From the human T2T-CHM13v2.0 reference genome, Homo sapiens, in NCBI RefSeq assembly GCF_009914755.1, contig NC_060931.1: 64,000 bases of DNA; one strand, written 5' to 3'. Under the pieces are notes generated by a model that did not search any database, was not told the DNA's origin, and saw nothing but the letters and a program-made list of their open reading frames with translations. This document shows, piece by piece, positions 63,700 to 64,000 of this stretch. Made by a program: the position numbers and the translations under genes. The first letter of the stretch is position 1; the number at the start of each line of letters is the position of its first letter.

Positions 63700-64000
63700 A
63701 TGGGGAAAAAACAGAACAGAAAAACTGGAAACTCTAAAAAGCAGAGCGCCTCTCCTCCTCCAAAGGAACGCAGTTCCTCACCAGCAACGGAACAAAGCTG
63801 GATGGAGAATGACTTTGACGAGCTGAGAGAAGAAGGCTTCAGACGATCAAATTACTCTGAGCTACGGAAGGACATTCAAACCAAAGGCAAAGAAGTTGAA
63901 AACTTTGAAAAAAATTTAGAAGAATGTATAACTAGAATAACCAATACAGAGAAGTGCTTAAAGGAGCTGATGGAGCTGAAAACCAAGGCTCGAGAACTAC
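63700..64000 (+). CDS. L1 ORF1 N-terminus (partial, open to the window edge)
   Basis: MGKKQNRKTGNSKKQSASPPPKERSSSP...KTKAREL; 100 codons without a stop. Confidence 0.85.
   Translation, partial: MGKKQNRKTGNSKKQSASPPPKERSSSPATEQSWMENDFDELREEGFRRSNYSELRKDIQTKGKEVENFEKNLEECITRITNTEKCLKELMELKTKAREL

Larger units (their letters stand above)
62797..64000 (+). mobile_element. 5' part of a second young LINE-1 (L1PA2/PA3-like), antisense to SEMA3A in intron 4; continues beyond the window
   Basis: GGAGGAGCCAAGATGGCCGAATAGG start with intact YY1 motif; ~903-bp CpG-rich 5'UTR; ORF1 ATG at 63700. Confidence 0.97.

Overview
Primate (most likely human) genomic DNA lying entirely inside the SEMA3A (semaphorin-3A) gene, which is transcribed on the minus strand. 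Eight coding exons can be placed exactly, with GT-AG boundaries and phases that chain in frame. They appear to be exons 5-12 by my recalled numbering and encode about D152-R484 of the Sema domain. The rest is AT-rich intron with about 14 Alus, old L1/L2/MIR and DNA-transposon fragments, and a probable MER121 ancient repeat. Two young L1s (L1PA2/PA3-like) are also present. The most notable structure is that these two L1s sit head-to-head, 6.7 kb apart, bracketing one 94-nt exon. One is full length and sense to SEMA3A (56117->50090, with a TSD). The other is antisense, starts at about 62797 and runs off the window. Their antisense promoters and ORF0s face each other across the exon. The right-hand ORF0 carries splice donors that would fuse in frame to SEMA3A exons, and the two copies share several non-CpG variants. 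No prokaryotic-type system (CRISPR etc.) is present, and all functional ideas below are inferences that need testing.
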